From Octopus vulgaris (taxonomy: Eukaryota), in the NCBI GenBank assembly GCA_951406725.2, contig OX597825.1, positions 15,128,001 to 15,192,000 on the forward strand: a stretch of 64,000 bases of DNA. Reading direction: 5' to 3'. This document shows, piece after piece, positions 15,207 through 28,511 of this stretch. Position 1 is the first letter of the stretch; every line of letters begins with the position of its first letter. A program made the position numbers and the translations under genes. Under the pieces are notes generated by a model. That model did not search any database and was not told the DNA's origin. It saw only the letters and a list, made by a program, of their open reading frames with translations.

Positions 15207-15501
15207 GGAGGCGCAATGGCCCAGTGGTAAGGGCAGCGGACTCGCGGTTGTAGGATCGCGGTTTCGATTCCCAGACCAGGCTTTGTATGTGTTTATTGAA
15301 CGAAAACACCTAAGCTCCACGACGCTCCGGAAGTGGGTGGTGTACTCTTTCACCACAACTTTCTCTAATTCTTTCTTCTGTTGGCCTGCTCGCTTAGCCA
15401 GCGGGGTGGCGTCATTTGAAGGCTAAAACAATGCAAAGCACATTGTGACCAGCGATGTGTAGCAACATCTGATAGCCTGGTCAGTCACGGTGATCACGGT
15501 G

Positions 15502-15503
<2 letters not shown>
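15207..15503 (+). mobile_element. SINE with the family-A head/body but a different 3' tail
   Basis: GGAGGCGCAATGGCCCAGTGGTAAGGGCAGCGGACTCGCGG...GGTTTCGATTCC matches family A to about 15380. It then carries an unrelated tail ending (CACGGTGAT)2. Embedded in (TA)n. Confidence 0.85.
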
Positions 15504-15535
<32 letters not shown>

Positions 15536-15549
15536 CGTAGATTTCTCTT

Positions 15550-15630
15550 AGCAATTTGAAACGTATTCCTTTGAGTAATAACTCAATAAGGAGACAAATT
15601 GATGAAATGGCAGATAATGTGGAACAAATG
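15550..15630 (+). mobile_element. hAT Charlie/Buster (ZBED5/SCAND3-like) transposase fragment
   Basis: ORF text KRIPLSNNSIRRQIDEMADNVEQ matches the family motif IPLSNNTV.RRI.EMA.DV. Confidence 0.65.
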
Positions 15631-16055
15631 TCGTACAGCATATCAAAATCACGAAAAGATTTGACTTCGATTTCTAACACGGCCTGCTACCATGTAACAG
15701 CTATTTGCGATAAAGGACCCGCCGTTATGGCAAATAGCTACCAATGCGGGTGCACTTGTAAAAATTTACACAAACACATACTAATACATTAATATAGCAA
15801 AAAATAATAAAAAACATGTCTTTATAAGATATTTATCTTTATTTAGAAACCTACAATGAACAGGTCACCCAGGAAACAATGTAACACTGGATACAGCCTT
15901 ATACAGGGTACAACCTTAAAGTTGACACCGTTCGGTGCAACGAAAGTTTATTATTGGCTAAAAATAGATAGTTTTTTGATTTTGAAATTTTTCGTCAAAT
16001 AACTTCCTCCACATTGTGCCACTCATCTGAAGTACATATGTATTTCAACAATTTT

Positions 16056-16472
16056 TTATTTCTTTATTGCTCACAAGGGGACTAACATAGAGGGGGCAAA
16101 CAAGGACAGACAAACGGATTAAGTCGATTACATCGACCCCAGTGCGTAATTGGTACTTAATTTATCGACCCCGAAAGGATGAAAGGCAAAGTCGACCTCG
16201 GCGGAATTTGAATTCAGAAAGTAATGGAAGACGAAATACCTATTTCTTCACTACCCACAAGGGGCTAATCACAGAGAGAACAAACATGGACAGACAAACG
16301 GATTAAGTCGATTATATCGATCCCAGTGCGTAACTTGTACTTGTTTAATCGACCTCGAAAGGATGAAAGGCAATGTCAACCTCGGCGGAATTTGAACTCA
16401 GAACGTAACGACAGACGAACTACCGCTAAAGCATTTCACCCGGCGTGCTAACGATTCTGCCAGCTCGCCACC
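16056..16472 (-). mobile_element. Meta-domain tRNA-SINE (family C), dimer
   Basis: One head (GGTGGCGAGCTGGCAGAATCGTTAGCACGCCGGG) and two bodies carrying GAGGTCGACTTTGCCTTTCATCCTTTCGGGGTCGATAAATTAAGTACC. Junction at 16240/16241. Imperfect TSD TTTCA(A/G)CAATTT. Confidence 0.9.
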
Positions 16473-16971
16473 TTTCAGCAATTTCTATGAAATACACTCC
16501 TTGAGCATAAACAAAAATCCTCTTCCCGGTTGACAATAACGTATATGTCAGATTGTTGCATAAGTTCTAACCGTTTTGATAAAAGAAACCGGAAAGGTTT
16601 CAAATGATTTCATCAGCATCTGCTTCTCCCAAAAAGCATTCTTTCGATAAAAACACGTTGATCTCATAAGTGTAACGTGGTGGAAATATACGTAATTACC
16701 AAACTTTTATTCATAAGACCATTTAGTATTTCCCTTTTTTTTGTTTTTTTCTTTGTTTTTTTTTTTGCATTTCAGTTAATACATTTGTACCCCAAATTGC
16801 GCACAAGCGCATATGTAAAATGACGTTCATTATTATTATTTTTTTATCATTCTTTCCTGATATCAAAATAAGAAGTATATTGAAAAATTAAATATAAAAA
16901 TTGAGCGGGGAGTTGTGATACTAAGGGTCAAAAATGGGCGTTTGGCCAAAATGGGTGGAGAACCTTTGGAC

Positions 16972-17082
16972 TAGAATAACATGAAATAAAGTGTCTCGCT
17001 GAAGAACAAAACGTGCCACCGGGAAACGAACTCACCACCCTACGATCATTAGCCGAACACCATATCCACTAAGCCAGGAACC
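16972..17082 (-). mobile_element. Head fragment of tRNA-SINE family D
   Basis: Minus strand TGGCTTAGTGG...GAGTTCGTTTCC...TGTTCTTCAGCGAGACACTTTATTTCA resembles 57420-57712. Confidence 0.6.
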
Positions 17083-17122
17083 TTCTACTGCAATAACGAT
17101 AATATTGATAATGCTGCTGATG

Positions 17123-17511
17123 GGATGGAAGCACACCGTCGGTTACGACGATGAGGGTTCCGGTTGATCAGAATCAACGGAACAGCATGCTCGTGAAATT
17201 AACGTGTAAGTGGCTGAGCACTCCACAGACACGTGTACCCTTAACGTAGTTCTCGGGGATATTCAGCGTGACACAGAGAGTGACAAGGCCGGACCTTTGA
17301 AATACAGGTACAACAGAAACAGGAAGTAAGAGTGAGAGAAAGGTGTGGTGAAAGAGTACAGCAGGGATGACCACCATCCCTTGCCGGAGCCTCGTGGAGC
17401 TTTTAGGTGTTTTCGCTCAATAAACACTCACAACGCCCGGTCTGGGAATCGAAACCGCGATCGTATGACAGCGAGTCCGCAGCCCTAACCACTGGGCCAT
17501 TGCGCCTCCAC
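17123..17511 (-). mobile_element. SINE family A, full length
   Basis: TSD TAATGCTGCTGATG at 17109-17122 and 17512-17525. Confidence 0.95.
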
Positions 17512-17795
17512 TAATGCTGCTGATGATAGTGAGGGTATCCAGAGTGTTGAATGGGTTTGATGTATGGATGTTTATTGATCGTAATAAAGGTAAGAGCTGT
17601 TTAAATCATAACAGAGGTTGGTAATGTTGCAGCAGTTGACATCGATTCTATTGGATGAGGATAATGAAGATTTAGAGAGAGGGAGAGTCTTGAGGCGAAG
17701 TTTATGACAAACGATGTCGATAGGTACCGTGGGGAGGACGAGAAGAATGTTAAATAACGAATGGTTGTGAGGATAATCATGACGCCAATAGAGGA

Positions 17796-18600
17796 GTGGT
17801 AGTAGTAGTAGTGGTGGTGGTGGTGGTGGTGGTGGTAGTAGTAGTAGTAGTAGTGGTGGTGGTGGTGGTGGTAGTAGTAAGATGAGGAGAAGGGGAGGAG
17901 GAGAGGGGAGAGGAGGGCGCGGACGAAGACCACAACGAGAAGGAGGAAGACGTGGAGGACGAGGAGGACGTGGTGGGCGAGGAGGACGTCAACGATGAGG
18001 TGGGGCAGGAGGAGAACGTGGACGACGTGGAGGACGACGAGGAGGAGGAGGGCGAGGAGGAAGACGAGGAGGAAGTGGAGGAGGAGGAGAAGGAGCGGGA
18101 GAAGGGGGGAAGAAGACATGGAGGCGTAGGAGGACGACGACGACGAGAACATGGAGGAAGGAGGAGGAGGAGGAGGAGGAGGAGGAGGACAAAGTGGAGG
18201 TGGAGCATGAGGAGAACGTGGACGACGTGGAGGACGACGAGGAGGAGAAGGACGTAGAGGAGGACGAGGACGAGGAGGAAGACGAGGAGGAGAAGGACGA
18301 GGAGGAAGACGAGGAGGACGAGGACAACGAAGTGGACGAGGAGGATCACGCGGGGGAGGTTGAGGAGGAGGACGAGGAGGAGGTTGAGGAGGAGGCTGAA
18401 GTGTTAGAGGAGGACAAGGAGGAAGGGGTACAGTAGTGGCAATGGAGTGGTTTGTGAATAATAGCCTCCGAAGGTAGTAAACTTATGTTAGCAATGATGA
18501 TGATCACCATCATAATGATGATAATGATGATGGCAACGACGAAGACGTCGACGACAATGACGACGGTACAGGTCATGATGATGGCGTACATAATGAGGAT
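17796..18600. repeat. Degenerate GC-rich triplet low-complexity tract (GTA/GTG, GAG/GAC, GAT)
   Basis: Triplet periodicity. Internal 38-bp repeat at about 18009 and 18209. Confidence 0.85.
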
Positions 18601-18899
18601 AAAGGGGGAAGTGGAGACTGAAGAGGGGTTGAAGAGGATGATACTGGTGATCGAACTGACGCCATGAAGCGTTCATCAAAAATTGTGGAGAAGAGGAATG
18701 CTCTTTTATGGAAATAAATTCAGTGGTTGTGTTATTTATGTAATTTTCCAGAACAGTCCACGAATATCTCCGGTGCATGACCGACATTCTGCCAAGAATA
18801 GAGAAAAGTTCACACATAATATCACCTAAATATTTGCTTTCACAGCAATATTTACGTATATTTACTATGATCATGCATATATGCACCCAGACACATATG

Positions 18900-19220
<321 letters not shown>

Positions 19221-22082
19221 GTAAGTACGTGTGCACATACGTAGGTACATAGACATGTATAAAAATACTTTCCCTAATATTTTCTTACATCCTCTGATCA
19301 TAGATGTAAATATGCATATACATATATGATATGACCACACACACGTGTGTAACTACAGATGCACATATTCCATACGTTGATGTTCTGCATATGTGTGTAT
19401 GTGTGTGTGTGAGTCTACGTGTTTTGCTGTGTGTATAACTGTGTGTGTCTGTTTTGTATGTTCGTGTATGTTTGTGTTTGTGTCTGTCTATTTGTGTATT
19501 TGTGTGTGTATGTGTGTCTGCGTGCGTATGTGTATGTGTGTGTGTGTAAATGTATTTTTCCATATGAAATAATGTTCTATAATTTTTGCTTTATTACTCC
19601 AGAAAGATTATGTTGCTCATTCAGTGGTGACAGGTTTTACTTCGGAATTTATATTATTGGTAGATATATCAGAGGTCTTCTTGTAAAAGACTTCAAAGTC
19701 AACTTGTAAAGAACTCATCTAATTGAGGCCATAAATGTTTCGTAAAGGAAGTCGCTGGAATGATTGATAAAAGAATGGCTTAGCTTGTACATTTACAAAC
19801 CAAGCCGAAACAATACTAGATGCAGCCATTGTATGGATATTCTGTCCACTTTTATCACATGACCTTTTAACCTTGTGCCATATTTTGTCTGCTTAACGAA
19901 ATATAAGTGGCAGCAGTGTGAGAATCGAATGTGTGAAGAGAGTTATTTTAGGGAAGTACATGTGAGGGGAAATATTCGAGCTATTGAGACAAATAATGTA
20001 AGGGAAAGAATGTAAGGTGAGAGAGATAGAAACTCAGAATGAAATAGAATGCGAGATTGGGAGTGAGAGAGATAAAAGAAATGAATATATAACGTAAAAG
20101 AAACTAGAAAAGGCAAGGAAAATAGAATGCCATATTGTATGTTAGATGTGTATGGTAGAAATAAAAGTTATATGATAAAAGATCAGAAAAAAGAGAGACA
20201 GAGAGAGAAGAATATGGATAAAGAGGCTAAGGTATCAGGAGAGAAGTGATTAAAATATATGGAAAGAGGAAATATATCCAATAGGGATAGAAGGTGATAA
20301 AGATATAAGGAACATATGAATTGATTCACTTTGAAATAAAGAAAGTGTGTGATAAATGACAAATGAGACCAAGGGAACTTTAAAGATGGAGTAAGAATAA
20401 AATTGAAATGTGAATGCAATAAAAAGTGAGACAGGTTGCAAAGAATTTCATAATTCAACTGAGCACGAGACAAATGTAGATATTTCAGTGATCCTACTTC
20501 AGGCAAACTAATTTTTGGAGAATAACTATAATCTACGGAAGAGAATGTTCTTTTGTTGAATACATAACTTTATACAATATTTCAACATATCTTTGAACTC
20601 CTTTTCGTAAGTTTGCTACCGTCAGATGAGAGAATTTTACAAATAACATAATATTACTGAATCGTGTTAAATTCATTTATCGTTTTAATGTTTCTGTGTC
20701 GTAACATCTCTTCTATAGTTTAAAAGATAAATAAATGAAACCTTTTATGGTGACCATACATATCGAAGGATGTGGTGGAACATTTATAGCACGAAACACG
20801 ACTTTTGTTTATAGGAAGCATATGTATTAATCTACAACGTGCAACACAATTTTTGTTAATAGTATTATTTCTCCTTGAGTCTCACAGTTGCGTAGTACTG
20901 TAAATATTTAATCTTAAACTTCTTTAATTTGAAAATATTCTAACGGCTATTGATAAAGGTAAGCGGATCAGAATATTTCATTTCTTTTTGTCTTAGTAGG
21001 AATGTCTTATGTAATGCTTCAAGTCATAGAAAAGAATTCTTGTCGCGACTTGCTAGAGAATTTTCCACATATACAGAATAGACACAATCTGTCGAATCAT
21101 TCGCATGAATAACAGTCCCGAATTCGAAAATGGTCCCTTCTATTTTTTTTACTTTTGCGAGTGCGTTGCTTGAAGGATAACAGAAATATGTTTTATGGCG
21201 CAACAACGCTGTAAGTATAATTCCAGTATTTCGAGAAAAAAACTATTGTAAATAATTCATACAATTTTGTTAGAATTTCTATCGGCCTAATCTAACAAAA
21301 ACGACATGTTCTCGTGTCTATGAACAATACCGTAAGTAAACATTGCCTCATAGTTCATAGAGGGAGAAGTACTATCATGCTAATCTAAGTTAAAGCTGAT
21401 TAGAGAAAGTTACCAAATAAATAAAATATTTATTAGCACCATTTGTATTAGGATTCCATATACACAGTGAATGTATTGTGGCATATGTTAGTGTATAATT
21501 TCTGAGACAAATATGGGAGTGCTATAATACATCATTTCATGTAGCTATTTTACATAATCGTCCATACGTTCTATATGAATTATTGATATCCACTTCAAAG
21601 AAGGATTTGTTTCTATCATATGATACGTACCAGGAGATCAGATTGTCTTATCTATGAAACAAATAAAGTAATTATTTCTAGAGAACACAAAGGTTTCTGG
21701 TGTCTAGGTTTTTAATTATTTATAAGAAAACTTCTGATTTTATTTATTTCTCTATAATCTCTCACGATATATCCAATGAGGTTTATAATAGTTTATGATA
21801 TTTTAAGCATTTTTACAACTGATATGAGACTATGGATGTAGATAGAACTTGTACAGTCGTAAAGAAAATATATTTTCACATTAATTTTGCGCCTATATAG
21901 CTCCTTGTTTCAAATGCCAACGTAGCGGAAATAGCTTATGAAAGTCACAAGCTTACCACATTCATAAACAGATAAAAATAGATTAAAAGGATTATATTCC
22001 CTAAAAATATGGTGTCTTGGGAATATCTCAGAAATTATAATGGTCAATATTTTAGTTAATACGGTACATCCTTATTATCACT

Positions 22083-22472
22083 GGATGGAAGCACTCCGTC
22101 GGTTACGACGGCGAGGGTTCCGGTTGATCCGATCAACGGAACAGCCTGCTCGTGAAATTAACGTGTAAGTGGCTGAGCACTCCACAGACACGTGTACCCT
22201 TAACGTAGTTCTCGGGGATATTCAGCGTGACTCAGAGAGTGACAAGGCCGGCCCTTTGAAATACAGGTACAACAGAAACAGGAAAGTAAGAGTGAGAGAA
22301 AGTTGTGGTGAAAGAGTACAGCAGGGATCACCACCATGCCCTGCCGGAGCCTCGTGGAGCTTTTTAGGTGCTTTCGCTCAATAAACACTCACAACGCCTG
22401 GTCTGGGAATCGGGATCGCGATCCTACGACCGCCAGTCCGCTGCCCTAACCACTGGGCCATTGCGCCTCCAC
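22083..22472 (-). mobile_element. SINE family A, full length
   Basis: TSD ATTATCACT at 22074-22082 and 22473-22481. Confidence 0.95.
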
Positions 22473-23020
22473 ATTATCACTACAGTTGAATATTTAATAG
22501 TTAAGAGAAATTTCATGATAGGTTTATTTGAAATGTAGATGTGAATGATGAATATTTGTGTAGGTATCCAATATCAAGTTAGAATAAGTTGATTTCTGAT
22601 CTCAAGTGACAGTTTAAAACTGATTTATTTCAAACAGCGTGTACTTTTCTGAGAAGAAACACAATACTGTCAAAGTATTTGATTGGATAACACGAATAAG
22701 AGTTAGGTAGCCTCGTATCTCAACCAGTATGTCTTCTCCTGTCACGTATTTGTATTTGCTACATACTGGACCGCTTGTCTCAAACTATTTACAACATTAA
22801 CAGGAAACAACTGAAAATAAATTTCATACGCCATTAATGTGCATCAAAATATAATAGATATGCATATCAGATATACATAATATATACAGTATGTTAAATA
22901 TATTAAAACAAATTGGATTAAGGTTAAAAAAAAATTTACTCATTAACTTTAACAGAGAGCAATGTTAATAAACCTAACCCATAGTCACATGACAGGTTCA
23001 AATCAAAATATATACATATA

Positions 23021-23184
23021 TACGAAGGGCTTCTTTCAGTTTCCGTCTACCAAATCCACTCACAAGGCTTTGGTCGGCCCGAAGCTATAGTAGAAGAGAC
23101 TTGCACAAGGTGATACGCAGTGTGACTGAACCCAGAACCATGCGGTTCGTAAGCAAGCTACTTACTACACAGCCACTCCTATGC
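23021..23184 (-). mobile_element. SINE family B, 5' half only
   Basis: Runs from the head to GAAAGAAGCCCTTCGTATAT and stops at the internal microsatellite. Confidence 0.85.
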
Positions 23185-24467
23185 ATATAATGTCCATGTG
23201 TGTGTGTAAGCGTGCGTTCGTGTGTATTTATGTATATATAATTCATGGTCTCATAACACGGTCCGAAACGGTTTTCTGTAACGAACACAACGTGCTCAAT
23301 AATAAAACTTTAAAAGTCAAGTATTGAATCACGTTTAAAACAAATACACACTTGTTAGATACGTTAGAATTTACGTCAACTGTTCCAGGATTCGCAAAAG
23401 TGTATCAACTACATTTTCCATCTCAGCTGTGTAGTATATATTAGTGTAAATCGTGTAAACGCGATGTAGAGGAGAGACTATAAGGCAGTTAGCATTTTGT
23501 CAGAAGTCCAAATCACTATTCTGTAACAGATTAAGCTGCCAAGAAGCAAAACGTTCACTCCCTTTGCCTAACTGAGAAAACCTTGGATCAAGTAACAAGC
23601 ACCGTGGCTTTGTTACGTCGGTTCCCCGATGCATTCTAAGCTTTAACGTTCAGGAATTAAAAACTGTTATGCTTTCAGAAACACGTGATACTTGTTAGGG
23701 TGGAGGAGAGAATCAATGCTTTGAGCTGGTCTTATTGATGTCACCAACGTGACAAACGTTTCTTAATTCAATTAGGCCATTAGATAGGGATTTTTACAAG
23801 CAGGAAAACAACCATGATTTTTTTTTACATTGCATAATTGAGTCTGCTAAGTTTATAAAGCTATAATTTATATAATTCATGGAGGTGATGAACGGCAAAC
23901 TCTTAATGGATTGATACACGTCACTCTGATTTACAGGGGCAAGAAACAGGGGCAAATTTTTGTCACAGAAAAAGTAAATAGTTTGCAGGGTTTAAGAATT
24001 CATTTCAGAGAAAAAAGAATTACAAGCTAAGGGGCGAAATCGGATCATTGTTTACACGAAATGTGATAAGTTTCAATCTCACAAGACGTCATCAGATTTA
24101 CAAAATTGTCTCGAACTAATGGACCTCTAACTTCATAAGTCAAAATAGATTTATTAATAATTTATGTTATAGTAATTGGCATAATTACATAAAAATAAAA
24201 CGCCGATAGGAAATAATTACAGGTTTCCATAAATAACCATGAAAATATTTGATGTTGTTATTTTGGGGCAAAATTAGGCCAAATACCAATACAAAAATCG
24301 CTGTAACTCAATTTCCTACTGTTTCAAATTATTTCTTGCCAACGAAAGCAATTTCGAGCAAAATGCTTAGTGGGATGTGCGGAAGTGCCGTAATACCTGG
24401 CAACAAAAATATGTCTAAAATTATATTTTTTTTTGTAAATTATTTACCGGCATGGAAACTTGTTCGA

Positions 24468-24626
24468 GGTGTGGGAGTGGCTGTGTGATAAGTAGCTAGC
24501 TTACGAACCACATGCTTCTGGGTTCAGTTCCACTGTATGGCACCGTGGGCAAGTGTCTTCTACAGCCTCTGGCCGACCAAAGCCTTCTGAGTGGATTTGG
24601 TAGACGGAAACTGAAAGAAGCCCGTC

Positions 24627-24680
<54 letters not shown>

Positions 24681-24878
24681 ATATATTTGTGTGTCTGGGT
24701 TTGTCCCCCTAACATAGCTTGACAACCGATGCTGATGTGTTTACGTCCCCGTAACTTAGCGGTTCGGAAAAGAGACCGATAGTATAAGTACTAGGCTTCC
24801 AAAGATTATGTCCTGGGGTCGATTTGCTCCAGCATGTTCACAGTCACATGACTGAAACAACTAAAAGAGTAAAAGAGA
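24468..24878 (+). mobile_element. SINE family B, full length
   Basis: Head, internal (TA)n at 24628-24668, tail (TAAAAGAG)2. Confidence 0.9.
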
Positions 24879-26899
24879 ATTTTTTTCGGTGAAAGTTATC
24901 AACCATGACTTAAAGAGTTCTTTTTCAATGTAATTACAAATTATAAAATATTGCCTACTAACAGAATTCCACAAGTCAAAATTTTTAATGAACGTACTCT
25001 ATCGCACCGTATAAAATATATCAAGAGAAAATCCATTCAATTTTTTATTTTTTCACTCATTTAATTACTTATGCTAGAATCCTGTTGTTTAAATTTTTAA
25101 TATGTACCTAACCTGTTAACATAATAAACTTAACCTAATATCACTTCTTAGTAATGTCCCTATTCCTGCAAAAATAACCCCATCCTTTATGAATTTAGTA
25201 TCGACGTTAATGAGGTTATTCTTCAGTGTAGGTATTGTAGATCTTTAAAATTAATATTAAACCTTGTGTAATCTATCATATATATTGCGAATCAGATTTG
25301 TACCATTTTTTTATTGACATTTATTGGCAACATGCTGTAACTGGGCCATGATCTTCATATAACTTTTAGCAGCATAAGTTCAAAACCATTCAACATATCA
25401 AATCAACAGCTTTGAAATTCCATCATTATTCATAATCACAATAATGGCAGAAACACCCAATGCAATGTACCTTATTATAGGCAGGAATTGAATCAATAAT
25501 CTATGCCATATAAATCCCATAACTGAACCAAGTAGTCAATACCCCATTACAACGAATTAAATATTTTGCAAAATGGCCAGGTAATAAATCCAATTTGTAT
25601 TTCTTTTTGTATATTTGTTATTCGTTGTTTGCATTGAATTTCATTTCCATTTTAATATGATAATATTATGATGCAAAATAATAGAAATAAGTGAAACATT
25701 AAATGTAAGAAATGGAAAATAAATGATGTATCAGTAGGAATATTATAAATAAATAACAAATTAAATGGAATCCCTTTTCTATTCGGGATTTCTAAATTGC
25801 CTTCATTAATCACAATATAATGTTAGAATTATTTTCTAACAAATTATTCAGAAAGAAATATTTCTGAATGTTTCTCGTTCCTTTTCCCGCTAATATTGAA
25901 TATTTTTAATATAAATTTCATGAACTCTTAAATCATTTTTCTTTCATGTTGAATCCCCATCAAATAAAACGAAAGTGCTTAAAAAATTGATTTAAAGTTA
26001 AATAGTGAAAGTAAGGCCACTTTGCTGATTATGATGAAGTATTCAATGTAATATATCATTCATTAAATTGAATTGTTTGGCCAAAACTTCTAAAATAAAC
26101 GCAAGCCAAAAACGAAAGCATCCATAAATACAAACGATGAATCAACGTTAACGATGTTATTCTTCAATTTATGTATTGTAGATTTTTAAAATTAATATTA
26201 AACATTCTATACTAGAGTGCTTCAGTTTAATGGACATTTGCTTTTTATTTTTCATCTCAACATCCCGATTTGTATTTTATTGCCGTTTCCGAGACCTATA
26301 TAAATGGGTCACCTGACTGCTAGACAGGTAAGATAAGTGATAGCAGTTCGAATAGCAGCACTGGCTTAGCCACAAGCTCAGATTTAATATATTTGCGGTT
26401 TGATGATTAATTCATCCTTGATTAAATAAAGTTGTTACATAAGGAAATCACTGGACCAAGCAAAGCAACAATAAATTGTATTCCGTTACGAAATAACGCT
26501 TCCATATCCAAACAGTCGGCGTTCAATAGCAGTCAATCTGTGCGTAAAGCGCATTTAAGTTGATATCACGTGCCATCCGCCCGCCACTTGCCATTCGCAT
26601 CCTTAGCGATTCCCCGCTAAGTTGATATGGAAAATGCTTATAGCCGTTGGAATGATAGGAAGTGAGCGAAAGGTAATTGTGCGAAGGATAGTTATAAAAT
26701 ATGAGAGACGAGTTGAGGTGGACATCAGTAGGAAACGATGAGCAGTGATTTAGCCGCCTCTACTGACCCACCAACGGGTTAGAGTTCAGTGTCGAAACAT
26801 CCGACGATTGTTGGATACCGTCTGATGACATCAGTTCCTTTTCACTAAAGTCCATTCACTTTGGTGATGGCAAAATTAGCAACTTCTAGGTATTGTTAA

Positions 26900-27042
<143 letters not shown>

Positions 27043-27121
27043 AGACTTTAGCTCTTCTTTCCAGCAGTTGAATGGTTTTTAAGCATCATTACGCTTCGTT
27101 CAAAAGTATATATATATATAT

Positions 27122-27335
27122 AAAGTTTATCCAAACAAGAAAATACAAAAGAACACAACAACGCGAGGACGTGGAACAAATATAGTATTATTGGACGCTC
27201 AGGAAAGAAGGGAAGAAGGAGGTTTTAACGTTTCGAGCGGAGCTCTTCGTCGGAAACATAGGAGAAGGAAACATCCCGAGAAGGGAAGACAGAGGAAAAG
27301 AATAGCCAACGGTACACACGAGGTCACATTTTGAA
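27122..27335 (-). mobile_element. Penelope-like pLTR-type fragment carrying a hammerhead-like motif
   Basis: Abuts (TA)n and contains the motif at 27222-27257. The right boundary is uncertain. Confidence 0.55.
27222..27257 (-). ncRNA. Minimal type-I hammerhead ribozyme-like motif (U4C core)
   Basis: GTTT-CCGACGA-A-GAGC-TCC-GCTC-GAAA-CGTT-A-AAAC. Confidence 0.6.
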
Positions 27336-27496
27336 AAAAAAAGCAATCACACTGACACACACAGGTCAAACAGGGTGCTTTGAAACCCAACACGTGACTA
27401 GAGATCGGGATTAGTGGGTTCGATCCTTCGCTGCAGTTACCAGGGTAGTGGCCGTGTACGGTATACAAACCAAATAATAGAAATAATAATAATAAT

Positions 27497-27832
27497 AATG
27501 AAAAGAAACGGATACATTCTCAAAATACAAAGATCAAGAAATCGGGATAATCCGAATGTGGAGACTAAAAACGGAAAATAAATCCCTATAATATTTGGGG
27601 CATTAGATATGATTAAAAAACTTACAGAGAAGTGCATAACCAACACATCAGCACTTACGAATATACAAAACATACAGAAAATATCACTTCTAAACATCGC
27701 CCGCATCCTACGTAAAGCACTTTCGATACACTGAAAATAACAACACCAGAATAAATCACAGCACGTATCCGAGGCACACAGTGCCAGCGCTCGGTGGTTT
27801 TATGACATCACGTAATAAAAATAAGACTACTA
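27497..27832 (+). mobile_element. R4/Dong-clade LINE 3' end (second family)
   Basis: SKYKDQEIGIIRMWRLKTE / IPIIFGALDMIKK...IQKISLLNIARILRKALSI, then a 3' UTR running into (TAA)n. Triplet arrays on both sides. Confidence 0.85.
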
Positions 27833-28190
<358 letters not shown>

Positions 28191-28194
28191 GTTT

Positions 28195-28424
28195 TACTAT
28201 AACTGGCGCATTAGGTATGATAAAATGTATTCAGACAAATACGTAACTAAAACATACATATTTTCTGTATATAACATACATAAAATAACACCACTAGGTA
28301 CCACACACGTCCTACGTAAAACACTTTCAATACAGTAAAAGTAACATCACCACAAGAAACCACAACACATATCCAAGGCACTCAGTGGTGCAGAGAAAAC
28401 ACCTGATAAAAATAAAACTACTGA
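28195..28424 (+). mobile_element. R4/Dong-clade LINE 3' end, paralog of 27497-27832
   Basis: ITGALGMIK...LGTTHVLRKTLSIQ*, with a 3' UTR ending ATAAAAATAAAACTACTGAA, followed by (TAG)n. Confidence 0.8.
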
Positions 28425-28441
28425 ATAGTAGTAGTAGTAGC

Positions 28442-28511
<70 letters not shown>

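Noticed and set aside
15902-16650. Possible mariner 3' end (TACAGGGT...) interrupted by SINE-C
   Set aside because: Only faint similarity by eye, with no diagnostic motif recovered.
18752-18828. Possible exon after TAATTTTCCAG
   Set aside because: No good donor site, an in-frame stop follows and the peptide is unrecognisable.
21024-21206. FGTVIHANDSTD resembling hAT F.LQLDESTD
   Set aside because: Too short and degenerate to call.
26788-26834. GAAAC...CTGATGA arrangement suggesting a type-II hammerhead
   Set aside because: Stem II would overlap the core, and there is no valid stem III/NUH geometry.
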